Part shown: positions 53,419 to 62,403 of the stretch, in pieces | How positions within the stretch are numbered: the first letter of the stretch is position 1 | How the letters are laid out: every line of letters starts with the position of its first letter | Assembly (NCBI GenBank): GCA_037441385.1 | Contig: JBBISH010000016.1 | Coordinates: 8,700-72,699 of the forward strand | Origin: Myxococcales bacterium | GTDB taxonomy: Bacteria > Myxococcota_A > UBA9042 | DNA length: 64,000 nucleotides | Reading direction: 5' to 3' | Notes under the pieces: generated by a model | The model's input: only the letters and a program-made list of their open reading frames with translations | Databases searched by the model: none | What the model was told of the DNA's origin: nothing | Translations under genes and position numbers: made by a program

Positions 53419-54186
53419 TCAGCGCTTGAGCGACCGCAATCCCTTGGTCGCCAGCGCGTCGGCGTACTCGTTCCAGCGGCTGCCGTCGTGGGCCTTGATC
53501 CACTGCAACGTCACGCCCGGGTGCTCGCGGAACACTTCGTAGGCGTGGATCACCAGGTCCAAATTGGCGATCGGCGCACCGCCCTTGCGCACCCAGCCTT
53601 TGGCCTTCCAGCCCTTGGCCCACTCCGTCAACGTCTTGACGCAAAGATCGCTGTCCGAGTGCACGGTCACTTCGGCGTCGCGCGGCAGGTACTCCAGCGC
53701 CCGGATCAGCGCCGTCATCTCCATGCGGTTGTTGGTGGTGTCGCGATCGCCGCCGCAGGCCTCGTGGACGATTTCGCCTTTGCTCACATACACAAAGCCC
53801 CAGCCGCCCGGTCCGGGGTTGGGATCGCAGCCGCCATCCGTAAAGATGCCGTGCTGCGGGCCCGCGGTGTATTTTTCCAAGACTTCATCGGTGGTCAGCA
53901 CTTCGCGCTCGGGAAGGCCGCGGCCAAAGGTGCGCGAGCCGTAGGCGTGGCCGGGGGGCAGTCGCCGGGGCACCACGGGGCCCGCCGGGGCGGCCGGCGC
54001 GGCCTCCGCAGTCGCGGGCGCTGGTGCGGCGGTCGACGGGCTTGGACGCCTTGAAAATCCAGCGCTTTTTTTGCCCGCGTCGCGATGCTGCATGCAGTAG
54101 CGCGGCGTCCAGTTGGGGTACTTTTTCAGGGTCTCGTCGGCAATCTCGAACGGTTTGTTGCAGACGGCACAGGTGAACTCGGCCAT
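53419..54186 (-). CDS. rnhA: Ribonuclease HI with N-terminal Cys/His-rich extension
   Basis: IFTDGGCDPNPGPGGWG, TTNNRMEMTA, HSDS, W...GW, NLDL, WIKAH, WNEYADALA; N-terminal CAVC...YCMQH. Confidence 0.9.
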   Translation of the reverse strand: MAEFTCAVCNKPFEIADETLKKYPNWTPRYCMQHRDAGKKSAGFSRRPSPSTAAPAPATAEAAPAAPAGPVVPRRLPPGHAYGSRTFGRGLPEREVLTTDEVLEKYTAGPQHGIFTDGGCDPNPGPGGWGFVYVSKGEIVHEACGGDRDTTNNRMEMTALIRALEYLPRDAEVTVHSDSDLCVKTLTEWAKGWKAKGWVRKGGAPIANLDLVIHAYEVFREHPGVTLQWIKAHDGSRWNEYADALATKGLRSLKR

Positions 54187-54246
54187 TCGATCTCCGGGCG
54201 TGCGCAGGGGCTCCGCCGTGGGGCGTTTTGACAGGGAAGTTGTGAA

Positions 54247-55734
54247 TTATTGGCTGCGGGCGCGGGCCATCTCGGCCGTGCGCACTTTGAGGGCCTTCAG
54301 CGTGCGGAGGGTGGCGCCCAGGCCGCCGCTGCGCTGGCGATCGATGACCGCCTTCATCAGGTCGACCATCGCGGGGCCGTAGGGGTACCACCACGCCTCG
54401 ATGGCGGTGGCCTTGTCGATCACGATGAGGTGCGGCCGCGTCAGGTGTTCCAGGGCCTCGGGCGAATTGGTCACGCCGGTGCCCGAGTCGCCAAGCCCCA
54501 CCCACGGCAGGTCGGGCAAGGCCCCAGTAAAGCTGTGGTTGTTGACCCAGACCATGCCCGAACGGACTTGGCGAGCCACGCGCTCGGCGCGCTGCAGATC
54601 GCTGCCCCACACCGATGCGCCCAGACCGTAGCGGCTGTCGTTGGCCAGCGCGATCAACTCCGCATCGTCTTTGGCGATCGCCAGCACGGCGATGGGGCCA
54701 AAGCTCTCGTCCTTCCACGCGGGAGCGTCGCGCCCAACTTCGGCAAGCAACAGCGGCGGCAAGGGCCGTTCTGGCGCCGTCAGTTCACCGGTGAGCAGCT
54801 TGCCTCCGCGGGCCAGTGCGTCGCGGACGTGCTCTTCCACGATCCTGCGCTGCGCCGGGGTCACCAGCTCGGGCACGTCGGCCGCGGCCCGCTCCAGCTC
54901 GCGCACCAAGGCCGGCACGAAGCGATCCGCGATGGCCGAGTGCACGGCGACTCGCTCAATTCCCGAGCAATTCTGACCAGCGTTGGTCAGGATGCCCCAG
55001 GCCACGCCCGCCGCGCTGCGTTCGATCTCCGCGTCGTCCAGCACGATCGCGCAGTCCTTGCCGCCCAGCTCCAGGTCGCACGGAATACCGCGCTCGGCAC
55101 ACGCCACTGCCACCTTGCGGCCCGTGCGCGTCGAGCCCGTGAACACCACTTGGTCGGGCCCCGCTTCCACCAGCGCGGCCCCCAGGGCGCCATCGCCCTC
55201 GGCCACTTGGATCACGTCGCCCAGCACCCCGCGCAGGGCGTCCACCAGCCAGCGGCCCGTGCCGGGCGTGATCTCGCTGGGCTTCAGTACCACCGCGTTT
55301 CCCGCCAGCAGCGCCGGCACGATTGTGCGCATCGGTAGTGAAATTGGATAGTTCCATGGCGAGATGCACACCACCACGCCGCGAGGAAGTCGCTCGACCC
55401 AGGCCGCCTTGCCCGGCATCTCCAGCGACGGCACCTTGCCCTTGCGCGGTTTGAGCATCGCCGGGCCGTGCTGGCACCAGTAGCCAAAAAGGTCCGCCAC
55501 GCCAAGCACTTCCGAGCTATACGACTCGGCCAGCGGCTTCTTGGTCTCGGTGCCAATGCGTTCGGCGAGCTCGCCAGCCCGGGCCAGGACGGCCTGCTGG
55601 GCCTGGCGCAGGACCGCCGCGCGCTGCTCGGCCGTCTGGGCCGCCCAGGGCCGCTGGGCGGCGCGGGCGCGCGCAAGAAGTTCAGCCGCGGTCGCGGCTA
55701 AGGGCTGGTCGGCTTGGCCTGACACGGTTGACAT
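54247..55734 (-). CDS. Aldehyde dehydrogenase family protein
   Basis: ISPWNYP, LKPSEITP, FTGSTRTG, ELGGKD, NAGQNC, ESFGP, YGLGASVW. Confidence 0.94.
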   Translation of the reverse strand: MSTVSGQADQPLAATAAELLARARAAQRPWAAQTAEQRAAVLRQAQQAVLARAGELAERIGTETKKPLAESYSSEVLGVADLFGYWCQHGPAMLKPRKGKVPSLEMPGKAAWVERLPRGVVVCISPWNYPISLPMRTIVPALLAGNAVVLKPSEITPGTGRWLVDALRGVLGDVIQVAEGDGALGAALVEAGPDQVVFTGSTRTGRKVAVACAERGIPCDLELGGKDCAIVLDDAEIERSAAGVAWGILTNAGQNCSGIERVAVHSAIADRFVPALVRELERAAADVPELVTPAQRRIVEEHVRDALARGGKLLTGELTAPERPLPPLLLAEVGRDAPAWKDESFGPIAVLAIAKDDAELIALANDSRYGLGASVWGSDLQRAERVARQVRSGMVWVNNHSFTGALPDLPWVGLGDSGTGVTNSPEALEHLTRPHLIVIDKATAIEAWWYPYGPAMVDLMKAVIDRQRSGGLGATLRTLKALKVRTAEMARARSQ

Positions 55735-55923
55735 CGGTGGCAACTCCCACGAAAGTGCGGACGGCCCGCAGCGCTGGAATACGACAATCTGCTTGCTTGC
55801 GCCAGGGGCCGAATCGACTGTTCGGGGCGAAATCGCTGCTTGCGCTGCCCTTGCCGGCCGTGTGGCGGCCTGGGCTTGCTCCACGGCGATGGGCCGCTCC
55901 GGGACGCGCGACGAGGTGCCCGA

Positions 55924-56346
55924 ATGTGGACAGCCCTGGTAAGTTCGGCTCTTCGCTGCATCTTTGTCTCGACAGACGTGCTGCCTGGCCTGGATCGAAC
56001 CGACCCATCTCCAGCCGTGCGCGACCTTCTTCGCGACGCGCCGGCGGCGATGTGGTGGGGTACGGTCGGCTCGGCGCTCTTGTTTCACTTGCTCCCGCTG
56101 TTCTTGATCGGTGTGCCGTTGCCGGCCGTCTGGCTACCCACCGCGGCGCGCGACCGGTATGCCCAGGCCATGGCCACCAGCCGCGTCTATCTGGTGCGGA
56201 TGGCGATGGTGATGCTCAAGACGGTGGGCGGGCTGATCTGGGGCCAAATTCCCGAGGTTCGGACCCGTCTGGCGATGCCGCTGCGACCGGCCGATCCGGG
56301 TACGTGGCGCGGTGATCACTTCGAAACCCGCGGTGGCCGGGCCTGA
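55924..56346 (+). CDS. Small hypothetical membrane-associated protein upstream of GMC oxidoreductase
   Basis: GAGG RBS before ATG, hydrophobic segments, ends 19 bp before the GMC gene start. Confidence 0.6.
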   Translation: MWTALVSSALRCIFVSTDVLPGLDRTDPSPAVRDLLRDAPAAMWWGTVGSALLFHLLPLFLIGVPLPAVWLPTAARDRYAQAMATSRVYLVRMAMVMLKTVGGLIWGQIPEVRTRLAMPLRPADPGTWRGDHFETRGGRA

Positions 56347-56365
56347 ACCCCTGCCAGAGGCCAGC

Positions 56366-57883
56366 ATGTCCAGCGGAAGCCACCACTCTTTTCTCAGCGG
56401 CGCCCGCCGCGAATTCGAGTGCGACTACGTGGTCGCGGGCAGCGGTGCCGGCGGGGCGTCCGCCGCGATCAGCCTGGCGCGCGCCGGTTTTCGCGTGATC
56501 GTCGCCGAGGCCGGCCCGTGGCGTGCACCCGAGGACTACCCCTGGAGCATGCACGGCACCATGCGCGACATGTTCCACGACTGGGGCACCTTGGTGGCCA
56601 CGGGCGACTCGATCATCCCGATCGTCCAGGCCAGCCTGGTCGGCGGGACCCCGGTCATCAACAGCGCGATCGTCGTCCGAACTCCCGGCGACGTCCTGGC
56701 CAGCTGGCGCGACGACCACGGCATGGGCGACGTCTTTTCCGAGGCGGCCATCGGCGACGCCCAGGACGCGATCGAGGGCGAGCTGCAGATTCAAGAGACG
56801 GATTGGAAGGTCGTGGGCACCACGGCAGACGACATGCTCAAAGGCCTGAAGCGGCTGGGCCGCGAGGTGCACCCGATCACGCGCAACGTCGCAGGCTGCA
56901 AGGGCGAGATGCAGTGCCTGCAGGGCTGCAAGCAAAAGAGCAAGCAGACCGCCAACAACCTGTGGCTACCCGAGCTCCTCGACCGCCACGGCGGCACCAT
57001 CCTGTCGTGCGCCTACGTCGACGCCATCGACCTGGGGGGCGGCCAAGCCACGGGTCTCCGTGGCCATTTCCGCCACCCCGTCACGCGCAAACGCGGCGCC
57101 GATTTCCGCGTGGTGGCGCGCCGTGGCGTCGTGGTCGCGGCCTCGGCGACGGGATCGGCGCCGCTACTGCAGCGGAGCGGACTGCGGATGCCGGCGTTGG
57201 GCAAAGGTTTTCGCGGCCATCCGGGCGCCGGCGTGGTCGGCGTGTACGACCGCGAGGTCGACATGCACGTGGGGCCCAGCCAGGCCACCGCGTCGCTGCA
57301 CCACCGCCAGGACCAGGGCATCAAGCTCGAGCACTTGTCTTTGCCGCTCGAGTTGTTCGCTGCCCGCGTCGGTGGCGCCGGCCGCACGCTGATGCAAAAG
57401 CTCGACCACTACCGCCAATGTGCCATGTGGGTCACGGCCGTGCGCGCCGAAGCGGTGGGCGAAGTCCGGCAAACCTGGTGGGGCGGCCGCAGTGTCACGT
57501 ACGCGCCGACCAAGCGCGATCTCGAACGGTTGCGCTTTGGCACCAAGCTGCTGGCGCAGGCGCATGTCGCCATGGGGGCGCGGGCCGTGTGGCCTGGCGT
57601 GGTCGGGCTGCCGCCCGAATTGTCGGCCGATCAACTCGACCTCATCGATCAGGCGCCCTTGGACAACAAGGCCTGGACCTGGGTGCTGTCGCATCTCTTT
57701 GGCGGATGCGTGTTTGGCGCCGACCCTCAGCGCGCCGTGGTGGGCCCCGACCTGCACGTCCACGGGGTTCGCCGCTTGCACGTCGTCGATGCGTCGGCCT
57801 TTCCGACCACTCTGGGCGTCAACCCGCAGCACACGATCATGGCCGTCGCCCGGGTCACCGCGGCGCGCCTGGCCAACGGCTGA
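56366..57883 (+). CDS. GMC-family FAD oxidoreductase
   Basis: VVAGSGAGG, VGGTPVINS, C...CLQGC, HLFGGC, VVDASAFPTTLGVNPQHTIMA. Confidence 0.92.
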   Translation: MSSGSHHSFLSGARREFECDYVVAGSGAGGASAAISLARAGFRVIVAEAGPWRAPEDYPWSMHGTMRDMFHDWGTLVATGDSIIPIVQASLVGGTPVINSAIVVRTPGDVLASWRDDHGMGDVFSEAAIGDAQDAIEGELQIQETDWKVVGTTADDMLKGLKRLGREVHPITRNVAGCKGEMQCLQGCKQKSKQTANNLWLPELLDRHGGTILSCAYVDAIDLGGGQATGLRGHFRHPVTRKRGADFRVVARRGVVVAASATGSAPLLQRSGLRMPALGKGFRGHPGAGVVGVYDREVDMHVGPSQATASLHHRQDQGIKLEHLSLPLELFAARVGGAGRTLMQKLDHYRQCAMWVTAVRAEAVGEVRQTWWGGRSVTYAPTKRDLERLRFGTKLLAQAHVAMGARAVWPGVVGLPPELSADQLDLIDQAPLDNKAWTWVLSHLFGGCVFGADPQRAVVGPDLHVHGVRRLHVVDASAFPTTLGVNPQHTIMAVARVTAARLANG

Positions 57884-57994
57884 CGCTGACCCACCCCGAC
57901 CACCATCCTGTCCTTGCGGCGTGCCCGCCGAATGTGCAACACTCACACGCTGAGTGTGACCTGCGGTGGTCCCGTACCGACCTGGAGCTGCAAG

Positions 57995-60900
57995 ATGGCA
58001 AGCTGCAACCTGAATGCTTTCAACGAATTGGTTCGTCGTTCTGTGCTCGTAGGCCTGCTGCCTCTGGCCCTGGCCGTTGGCTGTGGGGACGAGCAAGCCG
58101 TTGCCGGCACGGGTGCTGGCGCCGACGTGGCAGCCGACACCGACACGGTGACGGGCCTTGGCGACACCGCCGACACGACCGAGACACCCGACACGACGCC
58201 CTTCGATCTTGGTGGCAAAGACACCGCGGCCCTCTGTCCGGGCGGCGCCGGCTGCGCCTGTACCCAAGCCAGTCAGTGCGACTCGGGCTACTGCATTCCC
58301 ACCGCGGTCGGTCAGGTGTGCGCCAAGAAGTGCGAACTCAGCGACTGCCCGTCCGACCAAAAGTGCGTGCAGGCCGGTGGCGCTGACCTGGTCAACATTT
58401 GCGTGCCCAAGACCCCCTTCCTGTGCAACCCCTGCAGCGCCAACAGCCAATGCCAGAACCAGGCGAATCCCGACGCCAAGTGCGTCGACACCGGCGCCGG
58501 CGGCAGCTTCTGCGGCACCTCGTGCTCGGCCGACAGCGATTGCATCGACGGCTACACCTGCTCTGAAATCAAGGATGTGACTGGCACCGCCGCCAAGCAG
58601 TGCGTCCCCAAGGGCGCCGCGTGCGGGTGCACCGAGTACGCCATCGCCCAGCAGCTTTCGACCAAGTGCTACGTGCCTACGGGCGACGGCAAGTGCGAAG
58701 GCAAGCGCACCTGCCTGCCAGCCGGCGCGACCAATGCGCCTGCCGGCGGCGGCCTCAGCGCTTGCATCGCCGGTGACCCCAAGCCCGAGCAGTGCGACGG
58801 CTCGGACAACGACTGCGACGGCCAGACCGACGAAGGCACCTGCAGCGACAACAACCCGTGCACCGACGACAAGTGCGGCGGCGCCGCGGGCTGCAGCAAT
58901 CCCAACAACACCTTGGACTGCGACGCGGATGGCTCGGTCTGCACCGAGGGCGACAAGTGCGCCGACGGCAAGTGCGTGGCCGGCGCGGCGCCCGACTGCG
59001 ACGACAAGAACCCTTGCACCAAAGACACTTGTGATGCCAAGCTCGGCTGCCAGCACACGCCCGACGACGGCGCCTCGTGCAACGCCGACGACAACCCCTG
59101 CACCCAGGGCGACGCCTGCAAGGCCGGCAAGTGCGAGCCCGGCACGCCCAAAGCCTGCGCCAACGACGACGCCTGCCTCGTGGGCAAGTGCAACATCGCC
59201 GACGGCATCTGCAAGTACTCGTTCCAGGAAGGCTCGCCGTGCAACGACGGCAACCCGTGCACGGATCAAGAGACGTGCCAGACCGACGTCTGCAAGGGCA
59301 AGGCCGCCAGCTGCGACGACAGCAACTCGTGCACCTCGGATAGCTGCGACCCCAAGTCGGGCTGCGTCCACACCGGTGTTGCCGGCGGCTGCGACGACGG
59401 CAACAAGTGCACCGAAAAGGACGCCTGTGCCGACAGCAAGTGTGTCGGCGCGCCGATCGACGTGACGGCCACCTGCGACGACAAGAACCCCTGCACGCAA
59501 GAGGGCTGCGACTCGGTCAAGGGCTGCACCAACACCGCCGTCAGCGGCGGCACCTGCGACGACGGCAACCCCTGCACCGAGGGCGACACCTGCAAAGACG
59601 GCAAGTGCAGCAGCGACGTCAACAACTGCTCGTGCCAGGCCGACGCCGACTGCGTCCCGCAAGAAGACGGCAACCTGTGCAACGGCACGTTGTACTGCGA
59701 CAAGTCGGCCCAGCCCTTCAACTGCAAGGTCAAGGAGTCGACGATCATCAAGTGCGACGCCACCTTGAACAGCCCCTGCCAGACCAACACCTGCGACACG
59801 GCTACCGGCAAGTGCGCGCTGCAAAAGAAGCCCGACAATCTGTCGTGCAACGCCGACGACAACATCTGCACCTTGGGCGACGTCTGCAAGGCCGGCGTCT
59901 GCACGGCTGGCGCGGTCCAGACCTGCGACGACAAGAACCCCTGCACCGACGACGTCTGCGATCCCAAGGACGGCTGCCAGTTCAAGCCGAACACCGCGCC
60001 CTGCAACGCCGACGACAACGGCTGCACGGAGAACGACGCCTGCGCTCAGGGTGCTTGCGTGGCCGGCAAGGCCAAGTCCTGCGACTCGGGCGACGCCTGC
60101 ATCGTGGGCAAGTGCTCGATCTTGGACGGTAAGTGCGCCTACAAGCCCAACGACGGCGCTCCCTGCAACGACGCCAACGCTTGCACGTTGAACGACACGT
60201 GCGTCCAGGACCTGTGCAAGGGCGCCGCCGCCAACTGCGACGACAACAACGTGTGCACCGCCGACTCGTGCGCGCCGTCGACCGGCTGCGCCCACGCCCC
60301 CGTGCCCGGCACCTGCGATGACGGCGACGCCTGCACGACCGGCGACACCTGCGGCCAGGGCAAGTGCGGCGGCACGCCGCTCGATGTCGCCAAGATCTGC
60401 GACGACAGCAATGTCTGCACCACCGACACGTGCGATCCCAAGTCGGGCTGCGCTCACGCGGATGCCACCGGCAACTGCGACGACGGCAACGCCTGCACCA
60501 GCGGCGACACGTGCGCTGGCGGCAAGTGCGTTTCCGGCACGGTTACCTGCAGCTGCCAGAAGGACTCGGACTGCGCCGACAACGGCAACCTGTGCGACGG
60601 CACGCCGTTCTGCGACAAGTCGGCCATGCCGTTCGTCTGCAAGGTCAACCCGGCCACGATCGTGACCTGCGCCGACCCGACCGACCCGCAATGCGCCCAG
60701 GTCGCCTGCGACAAGGCGAGTGGCAAGTGCATCACCACCAACAGCGCCGATGGCACGCCGTGCGACGCCGACAAGAACGCCTGCACCGCTCCCGACAAGT
60801 GCACGGGCGGTACCTGCGCCAAGGGCGCCACCGTCGACTGCGACGACAAGAACCCCTGCACCACCGACAGCTGCGATCCGGCCGCCGGCTGCAAGCACGC

Positions 60901-61603
60901 CAACAACACCGATCCCTGCGACGCCGACGGCAACGCCTGCACCAAGAACGACGTCTGCGCCTCGGGTACCTGCACGCCGGGCGCCGCCCAGAAGTGCGAC
61001 GACAACGAGCCGTGCACCCAAGACAGCTGCAACCCGGCCGACGGCAAGTGCGTGTACAAGCCGATCGCCACCACCTGCTCGGACAATAACATCTGCACGG
61101 TGGGCGACACCTGCGGCACCGACCCCACCTCGCAGGCCTACACCTGCCTGCCGGGCAAGGCCCAGACCTGCGACGACGGAAACCCCTGCACGATCAACAC
61201 CTGCGACAAGGACAAGGGCTGCCAGTACCCCGTTGACCAGACGGCCACGGTCACCTGCTACAGCGGCCCCAACGGCACCGTGGGCAAGGGTCTGTGCAAG
61301 GCCGGCAAGAAGACCTGCGACGCCAGCGGCAACCTCAGCGCCTGCACGGGCGAAGTCGTCCCGGCTACCAAGGAGCTCTGCAACAGCCTCGACGACACCT
61401 GCGACGGCGTCACCGACGAAGGCTGCGCGCCCACCTCGTTCGTCGCTCGCGTGGGCAACGCCACCGTAGCCGGCACCAGCGGTCAGCTGACGGCCCGCGT
61501 CGGCGTCGGCATGTCGCAGGCTGCGGGCCCCGCCGCGGGCACCGGCTCGATCAGCGGCAACTTCGGCTTCTACGCCTGGATCCGCAAGATCATCGGCCTG
61601 TAG
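57995..61603 (+). CDS. Large Cys-rich repeat lipoprotein
   Basis: LAVGC lipobox; many CDD(G/K)NPCTxDxC repeats; EQCDGSDNDCDGQTDEG and ELCNSLDDTCDGVTDEG motifs. Confidence 0.9.
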   Translation: MASCNLNAFNELVRRSVLVGLLPLALAVGCGDEQAVAGTGAGADVAADTDTVTGLGDTADTTETPDTTPFDLGGKDTAALCPGGAGCACTQASQCDSGYCIPTAVGQVCAKKCELSDCPSDQKCVQAGGADLVNICVPKTPFLCNPCSANSQCQNQANPDAKCVDTGAGGSFCGTSCSADSDCIDGYTCSEIKDVTGTAAKQCVPKGAACGCTEYAIAQQLSTKCYVPTGDGKCEGKRTCLPAGATNAPAGGGLSACIAGDPKPEQCDGSDNDCDGQTDEGTCSDNNPCTDDKCGGAAGCSNPNNTLDCDADGSVCTEGDKCADGKCVAGAAPDCDDKNPCTKDTCDAKLGCQHTPDDGASCNADDNPCTQGDACKAGKCEPGTPKACANDDACLVGKCNIADGICKYSFQEGSPCNDGNPCTDQETCQTDVCKGKAASCDDSNSCTSDSCDPKSGCVHTGVAGGCDDGNKCTEKDACADSKCVGAPIDVTATCDDKNPCTQEGCDSVKGCTNTAVSGGTCDDGNPCTEGDTCKDGKCSSDVNNCSCQADADCVPQEDGNLCNGTLYCDKSAQPFNCKVKESTIIKCDATLNSPCQTNTCDTATGKCALQKKPDNLSCNADDNICTLGDVCKAGVCTAGAVQTCDDKNPCTDDVCDPKDGCQFKPNTAPCNADDNGCTENDACAQGACVAGKAKSCDSGDACIVGKCSILDGKCAYKPNDGAPCNDANACTLNDTCVQDLCKGAAANCDDNNVCTADSCAPSTGCAHAPVPGTCDDGDACTTGDTCGQGKCGGTPLDVAKICDDSNVCTTDTCDPKSGCAHADATGNCDDGNACTSGDTCAGGKCVSGTVTCSCQKDSDCADNGNLCDGTPFCDKSAMPFVCKVNPATIVTCADPTDPQCAQVACDKASGKCITTNSADGTPCDADKNACTAPDKCTGGTCAKGATVDCDDKNPCTTDSCDPAAGCKHANNTDPCDADGNACTKNDVCASGTCTPGAAQKCDDNEPCTQDSCNPADGKCVYKPIATTCSDNNICTVGDTCGTDPTSQAYTCLPGKAQTCDDGNPCTINTCDKDKGCQYPVDQTATVTCYSGPNGTVGKGLCKAGKKTCDASGNLSACTGEVVPATKELCNSLDDTCDGVTDEGCAPTSFVARVGNATVAGTSGQLTARVGVGMSQAAGPAAGTGSISGNFGFYAWIRKIIGL

Positions 61604-62403
61604 GCCGCGACCGACCCCGCTTCTCGGGTCGATTGCCCTCCGCTCCCCCCCTTGCCTTCCCTCCCAGTGCACCACAGCCGGCCGGCGCCACCGGACCGGC
61701 CCGTGCTGCATTTCGCCTTGACCAAGACGGGACTGCCTTGGTTCGCGTTGAACCCCACCCGCTCTGTGCCTGTGTGGCTTCCCCGATCCGCGCTGAGGTT
61801 GGTCAAGATCAGGCGGAGACGCCGGCCAGGCCCGAAGAACGGCCGAGGTTTTCGAGCCAATTCACAAGGATTCCGTATCCGTCGCGCCAGACCCTCGCCC
61901 CGATCGCGCAGATTGCGTTGGAGCCGGGCCTTGCTGCCTTGCCCATGCTGGGCCTCGGGCCGCCACACCGATCACGATAGGTTGGCCACCGCGATCGCTG
62001 CTCTGCGCGCCCTGCGGGACAGCAAGCGGGGGCGTCTTGCAGAAGTGCTCCGTGTTATCAATGACCTGAGTGTCCGGACCGGCGAGGCAGGGCAAAAATC
62101 TCGCAAAGGTGTTGCCAAACCCGTAGGAGCGAGGATAATGGGTCTGCTGTAACCGCGGCTCACGGAGTGGAGGTTGGCGGCAGCAAGCTGCTGCTGGTCC
62201 AAAAAACGGCAAAGGCAAAGCCTGTGACTACCCTGCCTGCCGGGCCGGGTTGGAAGCGGATCCTGGCCGAAGTCGACTGGGCAGCGACCCAAGCGTCAGC
62301 TGGCCCGATGGGCGCAACGAGTTTGTTTGGGGTCATCCAGCCCGGCATAAGGCCAAAAAAGGGCGCCAGTGGTATACGGCAGATCAACGAGGGGGAACCA
62401 GAG

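Noticed and set aside
57164..61711. 1515-aa antisense ORF (and 62296-63855)
   Set aside because: Mirror of the TGC/GAC-rich Cys-repeat genes, giving Ala/Val/Gly-rich nonsense.
62053..62125. SAM-I or c-di-GMP-I riboswitch
   Set aside because: Only fragments (TTATCAA, GGCAAA, GCAAAG) resemble the consensus; the required core elements and spacing are missing.
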